This document shows positions 40,190-49,929 of a DNA stretch of 64,000 nucleotides, piece by piece. The notes under the pieces were generated by a model that was given only the letters and a program-made list of their open reading frames with translations, made no database searches and had not been told where the DNA came from. The stretch is from Candidatus Bathyarchaeota archaeon (GTDB lineage Archaea > Thermoproteota > Bathyarchaeia > TCS64): assembly GCA_963780545.1 (NCBI GenBank), contig CAWACK010000008.1:135988-199987 (forward strand), given 5' to 3'. How positions within the stretch are numbered: the first letter of the stretch is position 1; every line of letters begins with the position of its first letter. Made by a program: the position numbers and the translations under genes.

Positions 40190-40390
40190 TATTGAAATAT
40201 AGAGCCTATCCATTCACATATTTTTGTGGAAGATTTAGTTGATGTCTATTTCGATTATTGTTTAGATTCGTGTGATAGATTGGTTACGTGGTTTACCGGT
40301 TTTAAATATAAATTCATTAGTAAAAAACAATATTCAAGCAAATTTTATTTTATTTATAAAAATTGTTATAAAGATAAAATATTTTAGTAT

Positions 40391-40909
40391 ATGTTGATGA
40401 TTTTGAACTCAATGAAGGGTGAAATCGACCAAAGTGAAGAAAATACAGGATTATATGATATCTTGAGTAATAGTGTCTCTAAAGGAGATATCAACGCGAT
40501 TATTGTTGCTAGTAGAACGGGTAACTTATCTTTAAAAATCGCTGAGAAATTCAAGAACATTAAAATCGTTAGTGTTACAGAGTTTATTTATTCTGACGAT
40601 ATAAAAAAGGAAATGAAAAAAGCTAATATTAACTATATAGAAAAATCCGATCTGCCAATACAGGATAAAGCCACAGTCAGAGATACTTTACTAATGTTTG
40701 GTTCCGGAGTAAAAACTGCTATAGAAGTAGCTACAATTGCGGCGGATAAAGGGCTAGTGAGTGGTAGAGTAATTTCAATATCGGGTGGAAAAAAAGGGAT
40801 AGACACCGCTCTACTTATTAAAACATCTAAAACAAACAATTTATTCGACCCGGATCCTGAAAAAAGATTGGCTATAATAGATTTTCTAATCTTTAAAAAT
40901 AATATTTAA
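40391..40909 (+). CDS. Hypothetical protein (possible pyruvate-kinase C-terminal-like alpha/beta domain)
   Basis: 172 aa, very AT-rich gene at the head of the H4MPT-biosynthesis cluster. No confident family. Confidence 0.35.
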   Translation: MLMILNSMKGEIDQSEENTGLYDILSNSVSKGDINAIIVASRTGNLSLKIAEKFKNIKIVSVTEFIYSDDIKKEMKKANINYIEKSDLPIQDKATVRDTLLMFGSGVKTAIEVATIAADKGLVSGRVISISGGKKGIDTALLIKTSKTNNLFDPDPEKRLAIIDFLIFKNNI

Positions 40910-40963
40910 CTAATTTTTTTAAAATAACATTTTTTTTATCTTTGAGTTATTAGTTATGTACAT

Positions 40964-41545
40964 ATGATTCTAGGTTTCTGTGGAAGTCCAAGATCTGGTG
41001 CCACCGAATATGTGATAAAAGAGGCTCTAAGGATGATTGAAATAAAAGGCCATAAAACAGAGTTCTATTCCATTAAGAATAAAGAAATAAAATATTGTAT
41101 CCATTGCGATTATTGTCTCCAAAAAAAGGGTTGCATTTTTAACGATGACATGAATTTATTGTATGAACTTTTAAAACAGGCAGAAGGAATAATCATTGCA
41201 TCTCCTGTTTATAATGGTGGAATTACTGCTCAAACGAAGGCTGTTTTAGATAGAACCAGAGCAATTGTGGCTGCTAATCCTAAGGTATTTGAAGGGAAAA
41301 AGGGGATCGCTGTTGCTATTGGTGGAGATAGAATTGGGGGCCAGGAGCTGGCAATTCAGCAGATAATTACTTTCTATATTTTGAATGGAATAATTCCTTT
41401 AAGCGGAGGTTTTTTTGGGGCCAATATTGGTGCAACTTTCTGGTCAAAGGATACTCTTGAAGGCGTCAAGGCAGATGAAGAGGGATTTAAAAGCTTAAAC
41501 AAAACCATAAAAAGATTTTTAGATTATATTGATAAAAAGTATTAA
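40964..41545 (+). CDS. Iron-sulfur flavoprotein / NADPH-dependent FMN reductase family
   Basis: Flavodoxin-like fold (ILGFCGSPRSG; IIIASPVYNGGITAQTKAVLDR) and a compact Cys cluster CIHCDYC. Confidence 0.65.
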   Translation: MILGFCGSPRSGATEYVIKEALRMIEIKGHKTEFYSIKNKEIKYCIHCDYCLQKKGCIFNDDMNLLYELLKQAEGIIIASPVYNGGITAQTKAVLDRTRAIVAANPKVFEGKKGIAVAIGGDRIGGQELAIQQIITFYILNGIIPLSGGFFGANIGATFWSKDTLEGVKADEEGFKSLNKTIKRFLDYIDKKY

Positions 41546-41565
41546 AACATGGAGTTATCTTACTG

Positions 41566-42114
41566 ATGCAAAAAAAAATAAAAATCGCTTGGGGAATTAC
41601 GGGAAGTGGAGATAAAATAAGAGAAACATGTGAGATAATGTCCAAACTCTCACAAAATTATAAGGAAAAATATGATGTTGAAATATTTGTATCAAAATCT
41701 GGTGAACAGGTTTTAAGATATTACAAACTTATTAATTCGTTAAAAAATAATTTTAACAAGATTTGGATTGAAAAAGATGCAAATACCCCGTTCTTAGCGG
41801 GACGCTTACAAATTGGGGAATTTAAGCTGTTATTAATTGCACCAGCTACATCTAATACAGTTGCGAAAGTTGCACATGGGATATCGGATACAATGCTAAC
41901 AAATGGTATTATACAGGCTTTGAAGGTTTATGTCCCAGTATTTATCATGCCTAGTGACTTAAATGAAGGAGAAACTACGACTGTTTTACCTAATAGCCGT
42001 ATAATGAAAATTCGTGTAAGAAAGGAGGATGCTAATAACGTGAAAACCATTTCGAGTATGGATGGAATAACAATCATCGAAAAGATACAGGATTTAACGC
42101 ATATTTTTGAATAA
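41566..42114 (+). CDS. Archaeoflavoprotein AfpA-like (CoaC/Dfp flavoprotein fold)
   Basis: WGITGSG motif and LIAPATSNTVAKVAHGISD. Confidence 0.6.
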   Translation: MQKKIKIAWGITGSGDKIRETCEIMSKLSQNYKEKYDVEIFVSKSGEQVLRYYKLINSLKNNFNKIWIEKDANTPFLAGRLQIGEFKLLLIAPATSNTVAKVAHGISDTMLTNGIIQALKVYVPVFIMPSDLNEGETTTVLPNSRIMKIRVRKEDANNVKTISSMDGITIIEKIQDLTHIFE

Positions 42115-42128
42115 TTTCAAAGTGTGAG

Positions 42129-43079
42129 TCAATACCTCCACCCGCTTAGAAGTAAAAGAAAAAGCGAGGCAGCAGTTAAGTCTGCGGTTGTTCCAGGATT
42201 AAGTAAACCATCTGTGCCCTGAAGTTCAATATCAAGCTTTTCTGTTAGGCTTCTGCCTGTCTCTGAACCGTATCCACCGTGATCAAGGATCTCTCTCGCC
42301 CTATCACTAACAAATTTAGCTGCCATTAAATCATTTTTTCTCACAATGAGCGAGTCTGGGTTTTCGGAGAGAAGATAAAGAAATGTGTCAATCGTTGCTG
42401 TATTAATGTTACAAGAGCTTTTAATCGCTTCAACTAAGTAGGGATATCCTTTCTTAGCGGTTATGCTGTACCCTGTAATCCATTCTTTACAAATCGTATC
42501 TCTTTCAGCGCATTTCATGAAAACGTCATAAAGAGTAATTTTATCTCTGAGAATTTGCTTAATTGAAGATTTCTCATTGACATCTAAATCCGATGCTGAG
42601 CCGAGTACCTTTTCGGTCATTGAATAACGGATCGAACGATAAACAGATACAGCGTCTTTTGGAGTAGTGGACTTCATCGCTTTAATCGCCACTTGAATTA
42701 AATCATCAACTCGGATGCTTTCATCTCCTAAAATATATCCAGCAGCTGCAGCTATCGGAGCGAATAATAGGACGATTCCGAGGTTTACATTTCCTCCACT
42801 TTGCCATTTGAAAGAGTTCTTAATTGCTGAATAGACACAATTCCCCAATCCCAACTCTTCCCAGGTTTTATGTTCGGTTTTTACATCAAAACCAGCTTTT
42901 GAAAGTGTGTTTATTGAAGGTGAAATAGCGATGCTTCCAGCTAGAAAATGTTCATATTTTGTTGTCATAAAATCGTGTAATCGGTGAACATTTCCAGGCT
43001 TAGGGTAAGCTGATACCTCAAGAAGTGTAGCTAATTGAGCACAGCCTGCAACATAATTCCCAACTTGAGATTTTCTCAA
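42129..43079 (-). CDS. Triphosphoribosyl-dephospho-CoA synthase (CitG/MdcB)-like protein, H4MPT-biosynthesis associated
   Basis: 316 aa. LLEVSAYPKPGNVHRL and GTTADLTAASL are CitG-family hallmarks. Such homologs are required for H4MPT synthesis in methylotrophs and methanogens. Confidence 0.7.
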   Translation of the reverse strand: MRKSQVGNYVAGCAQLATLLEVSAYPKPGNVHRLHDFMTTKYEHFLAGSIAISPSINTLSKAGFDVKTEHKTWEELGLGNCVYSAIKNSFKWQSGGNVNLGIVLLFAPIAAAAGYILGDESIRVDDLIQVAIKAMKSTTPKDAVSVYRSIRYSMTEKVLGSASDLDVNEKSSIKQILRDKITLYDVFMKCAERDTICKEWITGYSITAKKGYPYLVEAIKSSCNINTATIDTFLYLLSENPDSLIVRKNDLMAAKFVSDRAREILDHGGYGSETGRSLTEKLDIELQGTDGLLNPGTTADLTAASLFLLLLSGWRY

Positions 43080-43141
43080 GGTGAATCAAAGGTTGATCTT
43101 AACTGCATCTACTTATATGGTTCGTCGAAAATAGATTCGCT

Positions 43142-44152
43142 GTGATAAATTATAACGGGTTAATTGAGGGAGATTTCATAGAGACGATAGATGGGCTTTT
43201 TTTTGCTGTTAAGGGTTTTAGACATCCAGTGGATCGTGTCATAGCTTATTTACGCTATGTTCCCGATCCTCTTGGGGATAGAAAATTAAAAAACATCAAA
43301 TATAGAAGAGTATATGATTTAGAAGATACTAAAAATTATCTGATAAAACATTACCCAGTTTATCTAAGTTGGGTTGAATATATATCTCAAAGTTTACAAA
43401 CTGTACCTCATTCAAGGATAAAAAAAATTTACAAACCTAGAGAAGGGGTTAAGAAAATGTATAGAAACAAAAAAACAAAATTAGATCAATTAACATGTCA
43501 ATTTATATCTAGTTTATTGAATCAAAGTAAGGTATCTAAAGAAAGTATCGGTGTATCTGGTTCATTACTAATTGGATTAGCTACAGAGGATTCTGACATA
43601 GATCTTATAGTATATGGTGAAAAAAATGGTAGAAAAATATATGATAAGTTAATTAAAATGAGAAATTCAAGTGTGACTTACCCTCTTGATCTTAAAAATG
43701 CAACTAAAATCTCTATATCTAGATGGGGTAAAACGAGTATAAAAACTGAAAAATTTATCGAAAACGAAATAGAAAAAAAACTGCATGGCCTTTTTAATGA
43801 AAAAGAATACTTTATTAGATTAATCAATGTCCCGATGATTGAAGAAACGGCTAAACCATTAAAACTTGTAAAGAGTAGAGCCACTATAAAAGAAGATAAG
43901 GACTCAATTTTCACTCCTTGTACTTATAAAATTGAAGACATTGAAGGTTCTGGAAAAATGAATTTACCAAATATCACAGAGTTATGGAGTCTAAGAGGAA
44001 AATTTACTGAACAAGCAAAAAAAGGTGATGTAGTTGAATTTGAAGGAACTATTGAAGAAGTAGTTATAAATAAAGAAAAAAAATATAGAGTTGCTTTGAT
44101 TAGCGATCATGATTACCTAATTCCATTAAGATATTTGGCCGATACATTTTAG
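43142..44152 (+). CDS. Pol-beta-type nucleotidyltransferase-domain protein, function unknown
   Basis: GVSGSLLIGLATEDSDIDLIVYG is a G[SG]...D.D nucleotidyltransferase motif. Length is 336 aa. Confidence 0.55.
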   Translation: MINYNGLIEGDFIETIDGLFFAVKGFRHPVDRVIAYLRYVPDPLGDRKLKNIKYRRVYDLEDTKNYLIKHYPVYLSWVEYISQSLQTVPHSRIKKIYKPREGVKKMYRNKKTKLDQLTCQFISSLLNQSKVSKESIGVSGSLLIGLATEDSDIDLIVYGEKNGRKIYDKLIKMRNSSVTYPLDLKNATKISISRWGKTSIKTEKFIENEIEKKLHGLFNEKEYFIRLINVPMIEETAKPLKLVKSRATIKEDKDSIFTPCTYKIEDIEGSGKMNLPNITELWSLRGKFTEQAKKGDVVEFEGTIEEVVINKEKKYRVALISDHDYLIPLRYLADTF

Positions 44153-44186
44153 TAATTATTATAAATAGTATCTCTTACCTGATTCG

Positions 44187-44828
44187 ATGAATCGAAGCGC
44201 TATTAAAAAAAAATTGGATCAAATGGGGTTCGATTATGGTAGCACTATGGAGATAATATTGACGACTTGGAACAATGATGGAACGGTTAACGCAGCGCCT
44301 ATGGGCATTGTGAGAGACATTAAAGACCAAATAATAATTAGGCCCTATAAATCAAGTAACACTTATAGAAACATGTTGAGGAATAATGAGGCCTGTATTA
44401 ACCTAACTCAGGATTCAGAAATTTTTTTGAAGACGGCTTTTAAAGATGAAAATTTAGGTCCATATCTTATAAAAGATGGTAAGCTTTCACTTGATGGGTC
44501 AGATGCTTCCATTCAAGTAAAAATTATCAATTTTGAATCTGAGAATGAAAATAGATCTACTTTCACCTGTAGTATTCAACAAATTATTACGAAAAAAAGA
44601 ATTCCTATAGGTTTCAGTCGAGGAAAAAATAATGCGATAGAAGCAATGATCCATGCGAGTCATATGAGATATAAGATAAATGAAAGTGATGAAGACATTA
44701 AGACGGATCTAATTAATTTTAATTATAATATTCAAGTAATAAAGAAAGTTTCTGCGGTTAATTCGATTGAAATGAAGGTCGCGTGTAAGCTAGAATCATT
44801 GGTTGAAAAATGGAGGCTGATAAAATAA
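44187..44828 (+). CDS. DUF447-like protein (flavin-reductase-like split barrel), H4MPT-biosynthesis associated
   Basis: TTWNNDGTVNAAPMG N-terminal region. Gene context is consistent. Confidence 0.45.
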   Translation: MNRSAIKKKLDQMGFDYGSTMEIILTTWNNDGTVNAAPMGIVRDIKDQIIIRPYKSSNTYRNMLRNNEACINLTQDSEIFLKTAFKDENLGPYLIKDGKLSLDGSDASIQVKIINFESENENRSTFTCSIQQIITKKRIPIGFSRGKNNAIEAMIHASHMRYKINESDEDIKTDLINFNYNIQVIKKVSAVNSIEMKVACKLESLVEKWRLIK

Positions 44829-45811
44829 AGGTCATTGTATCCACACCTGCTAGGTTACATTTCGGCATAGTCGATATGAGAGGTGATCTTGGAAGGATTC
44901 ATGGGAGTGTTGGAGTTGCTATTAATGAACCTAGATTAATTATCAGTGCTACTCGATCTCCCACTCTAAAAGTCACAGGATCTAGGTCAAATAGGATATT
45001 GGAATTCGCCAAGATCATTCTTGATGAAGCTGGAATAAGTGAAGGCGTCGATTTTCAGGTAATAAAAGACATACCTGAACATGCAGGCTTTGGATCAGGG
45101 ACTCAGTTGGCCCTTGCTGTCGGTTCTTCAATATCACGTCTATTCGATCTTGATCTAAACGTCACGAATATAACAATGAAATTATCAAGGTCAAAGGTAT
45201 CTGGAATCGGGACTCTGACTTTTCAGCATGGGGGTTTCATTGTGGATGGTGGACGAAGGGTCGATAATTTAAGGTCTGTACCGCCTTTGGTATTCCATTC
45301 GGATATTCCATTAAAATGGCGCTTCGTTATTGGTGTACCCGAAATCAACCAATTCATAAGTGGGGAGACAGAGAAAAATGCCTTCAAAGCATTCGAGCCA
45401 CCCTCTCAAGAACTTGTGGGTGAGGCTGCTAGAATTGTATTAATGAAAATGATTCCGAGTCTCATCGAGAAGGATATAGTTGCTTTCGGGGAATCAATGA
45501 CCGACCTCGATTTCAAGTTTGGTGAATATTGGATGAAGGTACAAGGAGGGCGGTATAGTCACCCGGTTATTGAAGCGGGAGTAACTCATTTGTTAAAGTC
45601 TGGTTCATATGGTGCTGGACAGAGCTCATGGGGCCCTGCGTTCTACGGGTTAGCTGATGGGGAAAAACATGCAAGGGAACTCACAGAAAGTCTTAATGAA
45701 TTCTTGAATTCTAAAGGCAGACGGGGTACAGCATTTTTTACCCAGGCGGATAATAAAGGCGCCATATTTCAGGAAAAAAAAGATAATGATTACAATGGGG
45801 AAATTCATTGA
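44810..45811 (+). CDS. mptG: Beta-ribofuranosylaminobenzene 5'-phosphate synthase (GHMP-kinase fold)
   Basis: STPARLHFGIVD N-terminus and GHMP motif PEHAGFGSGTQLALAV. Length is 333 aa. Confidence 0.7.
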   Translation: MEADKIKVIVSTPARLHFGIVDMRGDLGRIHGSVGVAINEPRLIISATRSPTLKVTGSRSNRILEFAKIILDEAGISEGVDFQVIKDIPEHAGFGSGTQLALAVGSSISRLFDLDLNVTNITMKLSRSKVSGIGTLTFQHGGFIVDGGRRVDNLRSVPPLVFHSDIPLKWRFVIGVPEINQFISGETEKNAFKAFEPPSQELVGEAARIVLMKMIPSLIEKDIVAFGESMTDLDFKFGEYWMKVQGGRYSHPVIEAGVTHLLKSGSYGAGQSSWGPAFYGLADGEKHARELTESLNEFLNSKGRRGTAFFTQADNKGAIFQEKKDNDYNGEIH

Positions 45812-47373
45812 AAGTTTTGGCAGTCACCGGAAAAATGGCGGAAAATATAGTCAAAAAATATGTAAAAGAAATTGGCCTCGATATAGATGTCCAAGTACTA
45901 CCTATCTCTGTTGCTGCATTTATCACACCGGAATTCACTATCGAGCATCTATCATCTATGACAAACAAAGACTATGATATGATCTTATTACCTGGGTCGG
46001 TTCAGGGGGACGTTTCAATCGTAGAAAAAAAGATTGGCATTCCAACGTTTAAAGGGCCGACACATGCAGCGGATATAGCCATATGCTTCGAGGAAGGGGT
46101 AGAACTTTCAAAAACTCTTTCAGCTACGGAGGTCGTAAAATCGGCTGTTAATAAAAGAGCCTTTGAGGCAATTGATTCTATTAAGAAAAATTGGGAGGAG
46201 ATTTATCGTAAATATGGAGGTTTAATCATAGGTTCATCAAAAAGACCTTTGGCGATAGGTCGTCATTTCCCTATGCCTATCGTCGCTGAAATTGTCAACG
46301 CTCCAATTAGAAGCATGGAGGAGATAATAAAGTTAGCAAGATATTACGAATCGGAAGGCGCAGGGATCATCGATTTAGGGATGATAGCTACAAAACCTCT
46401 TCCTGAAACAATACCAAAAATAGTAGAGACTATTAGATCTTCAGTTAATCTTCCCATAAGCATTGACACACTTAATGAAGAAGAAATTATTGCAGCCGCG
46501 AGATCTGACATTGATCTCATCTTAAGCATAGATGCTGGGAATATGGAGAAACTAGTCGACACTTGCCATGATACTCCGGTTGTAGTTCTTCCTTCGAATA
46601 TTAGAAAAGGAAGACTGCCTCGAGAAGCTGAGGCGAGGGTGAGAAGCCTCAATTTTAACATTAAAAAGGCGAGAAAGCTAGGGTACACCAAAATAATCGC
46701 TGATCCGGTGCTTGAGCCAGTATTTCAGCCAGGGTTGATAAACTCCTTAAAAGCATACTACCTTTTTCGAATGAGTGATCAGATAACCCCAACCCTATTT
46801 GGATTGGGTAACGTCAGTGAACTGATGGACGTTGATTCGGTTGGGTTAAATGGATTATTGACGGCCATCGCTTATGAGGTCGATGCGAATCTCCTTTTCA
46901 CACCCGAGTATAGTAACAAGACAAAGAAGAGCGTTCACGAGTTATATATAGCATCTCAAATGATGTTCTTAGCTAAAAACAATGAGAAGGTACCTAAAGA
47001 TATAGGCATAGATTTGCTTATTCTTAAGGAGAAGCGATGGATAGAGCAACCTAGGGAGGAAATAGAGGCTAATTCTACCCCAATTCATAGAGCTTTCAGA
47101 GACTCGAAATTTGAACCAGATAGCAAAGGATGGTTCAAGATCCAAGTTAATAGAGATACAAAGAGAATTGAGGCTCTATATCATCACTATGGAGATGATA
47201 GACTAAAAGCCGTCGTTTCTGGCAGGGAAGCCACAGAAATCTATCAAACCATCATTAGAGAAGAAATGATTGAAAACTTGGATCATGCTGCTTATCTTGG
47301 CAGGGAGCTTGCTAAAGCCGAGATGGCCCTTAAACTTAATCGATCTTATGTTCAAGATGAGAAACTTTTCTAA
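45808..47373 (+). CDS. Dihydropteroate-synthase-like protein (MptH-type pterin-binding TIM barrel + C-terminal domain)
   Basis: Pterin-binding signature GAGIIDLGMIATKP...ISIDT. Length is 521 aa. Overlaps the mptG stop. Confidence 0.65.
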   Translation: MKVLAVTGKMAENIVKKYVKEIGLDIDVQVLPISVAAFITPEFTIEHLSSMTNKDYDMILLPGSVQGDVSIVEKKIGIPTFKGPTHAADIAICFEEGVELSKTLSATEVVKSAVNKRAFEAIDSIKKNWEEIYRKYGGLIIGSSKRPLAIGRHFPMPIVAEIVNAPIRSMEEIIKLARYYESEGAGIIDLGMIATKPLPETIPKIVETIRSSVNLPISIDTLNEEEIIAAARSDIDLILSIDAGNMEKLVDTCHDTPVVVLPSNIRKGRLPREAEARVRSLNFNIKKARKLGYTKIIADPVLEPVFQPGLINSLKAYYLFRMSDQITPTLFGLGNVSELMDVDSVGLNGLLTAIAYEVDANLLFTPEYSNKTKKSVHELYIASQMMFLAKNNEKVPKDIGIDLLILKEKRWIEQPREEIEANSTPIHRAFRDSKFEPDSKGWFKIQVNRDTKRIEALYHHYGDDRLKAVVSGREATEIYQTIIREEMIENLDHAAYLGRELAKAEMALKLNRSYVQDEKLF

Positions 47374-48244
47374 AATCTTCATCCAATTTTATAATAATTA
47401 TTGGCGTATGCTCAACGCTATCGAGCATCTCGTATGATACACCCGTCAAGCCTGTACTAAATCTAGTTGACATGCCCCACGCTGTTCTTCCCCCTCCAGG
47501 CTCAGTAGTCTTATGCGCGATTTTAGTAAACCATAACATTCTGTCTGGGTTAAGTGGTTCACCTACATATGCAACTGGTGTAGGTCGTGCCCTTAAATTG
47601 AATAATCTGCCCAAGATAAAAGAAAAAAATCCACCGAAATGTATGAAACCAGGGGTCTGAACCCTGCGAGGAGCTATATGTAAATTTCTCCAGGAGAATG
47701 TTGAGTCTCCGTCCGCAATTATTATATTTACGTTTAATCCCGTTCTCCTAAGTATTTCCTCCCTAATTTTATATGCAATTTTCTCGGGTTTGATTAGAGG
47801 TAAACTTACAAAGGAATATGGGAGGTTACTTGCATCGATTCCTCCTTCAGAATAATGTCTAAGGGCCTGTAGAAGGCCTACTTTTCGCAGTGCAAGTTGC
47901 TTATGTCTTGCCCCATAATAAATAGGATAGTTTCTAAGGTTTGTTATGGTTTTTTGTTTGAGACCTGTTAATCGGCCTAATGGTCCTCCCCATATTCTCC
48001 GCATCCAAATGTTAGCTATCGCATTTGCTACGATTCCTGGCTTTATCTTCGACTCATCAACTACTAATCCACATGCAGTTGCTAGGGCTTTTTCTGAAAT
48101 TACTAAATATGTACCATCACTTATCTTCCCATTTATATTAGAAAGGATCTCCTCTATCACAGATGTGCCGGGTCTCCAGTATCTCGTTTTGATCTTCCTA
48201 ATCTTAAGCTTCAAATAACAACCCAGCCCTGGAGTACGGCTCAA
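47336..48244 (-). CDS. CofE-like gamma-glutamyl ligase family (F420-0:gamma-glutamyl ligase-related)
   Basis: LVISEKALATACG, GGIDASN and a block resembling the CofE core. It has a ~60-aa C-terminal extension. Confidence 0.55.
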   Translation of the reverse strand: MSRTPGLGCYLKLKIRKIKTRYWRPGTSVIEEILSNINGKISDGTYLVISEKALATACGLVVDESKIKPGIVANAIANIWMRRIWGGPLGRLTGLKQKTITNLRNYPIYYGARHKQLALRKVGLLQALRHYSEGGIDASNLPYSFVSLPLIKPEKIAYKIREEILRRTGLNVNIIIADGDSTFSWRNLHIAPRRVQTPGFIHFGGFFSFILGRLFNLRARPTPVAYVGEPLNPDRMLWFTKIAHKTTEPGGGRTAWGMSTRFSTGLTGVSYEMLDSVEHTPIIIIKLDEDFRKVSHLEHKID

Positions 48245-48272
48245 ATATAATGATGGCTTATAACACCTGAGA

Positions 48273-49070
48273 TTAAGTATTATTCATCTCGATAAGATAT
48301 TTTTCCAAGTTTTTAATTTCCTTCATCGCAAGCGCGTTCACATTATAATCAATTAGAGAAACACCTTTCATATCAGCTTCGACTACCGAGGAGTCATATG
48401 GAATATAAGCCGCGACGTACAAACCGAACTGTCTCATTTTTTCGTCAATAAATTGCTTTTCGTAAGGTGAATTGATTTTATTCCCTACCGCAACCAAGTT
48501 TTTTATCTCGACGTCTTTGGCCAGCTTTATGATGTGCCGCACTGTGTCGATGGACTTCATCCTAGGTTCAACAATTACAAGCATCACATCCATTTGCCTA
48601 GCAGTACCACGTCCAAAGTGTTCTAAACCCGCTTCCATATCCATAATAATAGCTTCATTTCGTTGAATTACGAGATGTTGAACAAGCACTCTCAACAGGG
48701 CATTCGCCCCACACATGCACCCTGAGTTTCCTGCTTTTATGGTTCCCATTACAAGGAGTTTCACACCGTCGGGAGCATCTACACCGAATCTTTCGACGAT
48801 ATCATTCACTCTAGGAGTCATGTTGAAGACACCTCCGAATGTTTGATCCGAGGCTATGCCTGTTTTTTCTTCGATCAGGGAGGCGTTATCAGATAATGGG
48901 ATGATCTTATCGGCGATTTCTGGTTTTATTCCTAATGCTGTAGCTAAATTTAGATTCGGATCAGCGTCAGCCGCAAGGACCTTGTATCCATCACGTGCTA
49001 GCAAACGTGCTAGGTTAGCTGATATTAGAGTCTTACCTACCCCCCCTTTACCCGCCACAGCGATTTTCAT
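48273..49070 (-). CDS. cooC: CooC/AcsF-type Ni-insertion ATPase (MinD/ParA family)
   Basis: Deviant Walker A AGKGGVGKT and CooC-specific CxC motif (GCMCGA). Confidence 0.75.
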   Translation of the reverse strand: MKIAVAGKGGVGKTLISANLARLLARDGYKVLAADADPNLNLATALGIKPEIADKIIPLSDNASLIEEKTGIASDQTFGGVFNMTPRVNDIVERFGVDAPDGVKLLVMGTIKAGNSGCMCGANALLRVLVQHLVIQRNEAIIMDMEAGLEHFGRGTARQMDVMLVIVEPRMKSIDTVRHIIKLAKDVEIKNLVAVGNKINSPYEKQFIDEKMRQFGLYVAAYIPYDSSVVEADMKGVSLIDYNVNALAMKEIKNLEKYLIEMNNT

Positions 49071-49867
49071 TTTTCTTTCACCAATGGGGTGTAACCAGCA
49101 TTTGTTAGTATGGATTTGACTGAACTATAAGAAGGGGAAGATGAGGGCAACTCCAGCAATGATCGCCCTTCAATATTGAATTTTCTTACATCATCATCCG
49201 GAAATATTCTACCCACATATTTGAATGTCTGATTTTTTGCATCGATCTCAAATTCCGGTGAAAATGTGTACCCCCCAACCAAGTAGTAATTTTCAAAGAC
49301 GATTCCAACCTCTCTCATAATCTTATATGTTCTTTTAGCGTTATCAAGACTTTTTTTAGATGCATCAAGTATATTGAAGACATCCTTTACACTCTTTGTT
49401 ATCCTGCGGTTTAGATGTTCGACGCCTGCCGGCGAGTCCACGATAACATACCTATAATTTTTGGCCCAGCGCTCAATTATCTGGCCAAGTGAGTGATCTG
49501 GAAGGCAGTAGCAACCCTCTATCCATTTAGTTCCTACGCCTACGAAGTCGAAAAAGCTTTTACCTTCATATAGAGTCTCTTGGAAAAGGTATGGCTCAAT
49601 TTTATCGGTTGGACTCATGCCAACTTTAGTGGTCATCTTCCTTTCCTCAAGGATCTCAGAAAGGACCTCAGCTATCGATTTCTTTTTCTCTTCTGAAATG
49701 TTGATACCCAACATTTCAGATAGGCTTTCGTCAGGATCTGAGTCGACAAGAAGTATTGGAGTTAAGCCAATTTCTCCGAAATATCGAGTCATTAAAGTTG
49801 TAAACGTGCTCTTGCCGGTTCCGCCTCTTCCTGTGATGACGATGATGTTCTCGTTTTTGTTAGACAT
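49067..49867 (-). CDS. Second CooC/AcsF-like P-loop ATPase
   Basis: TGRGGTGKST Walker A, Cys pair in GCYCLPDH, overlaps the previous cooC. Confidence 0.65.
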   Translation of the reverse strand: MSNKNENIIVITGRGGTGKSTFTTLMTRYFGEIGLTPILLVDSDPDESLSEMLGINISEEKKKSIAEVLSEILEERKMTTKVGMSPTDKIEPYLFQETLYEGKSFFDFVGVGTKWIEGCYCLPDHSLGQIIERWAKNYRYVIVDSPAGVEHLNRRITKSVKDVFNILDASKKSLDNAKRTYKIMREVGIVFENYYLVGGYTFSPEFEIDAKNQTFKYVGRIFPDDDVRKFNIEGRSLLELPSSSPSYSSVKSILTNAGYTPLVKEK

Positions 49868-49929
49868 TTAGACTATTATAATTAGGAATATTGAGTGTTA
49901 AAGCTTGACCTTTCTAAGTTATTTTTATT

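Noticed and set aside
45738-45977. Small ORFs (76 and 63 aa) at the mptG/DHPS-like junction.
   Set aside because: They overlap the 3' end of mptG and the 5' end of the next gene out of frame. No motifs.
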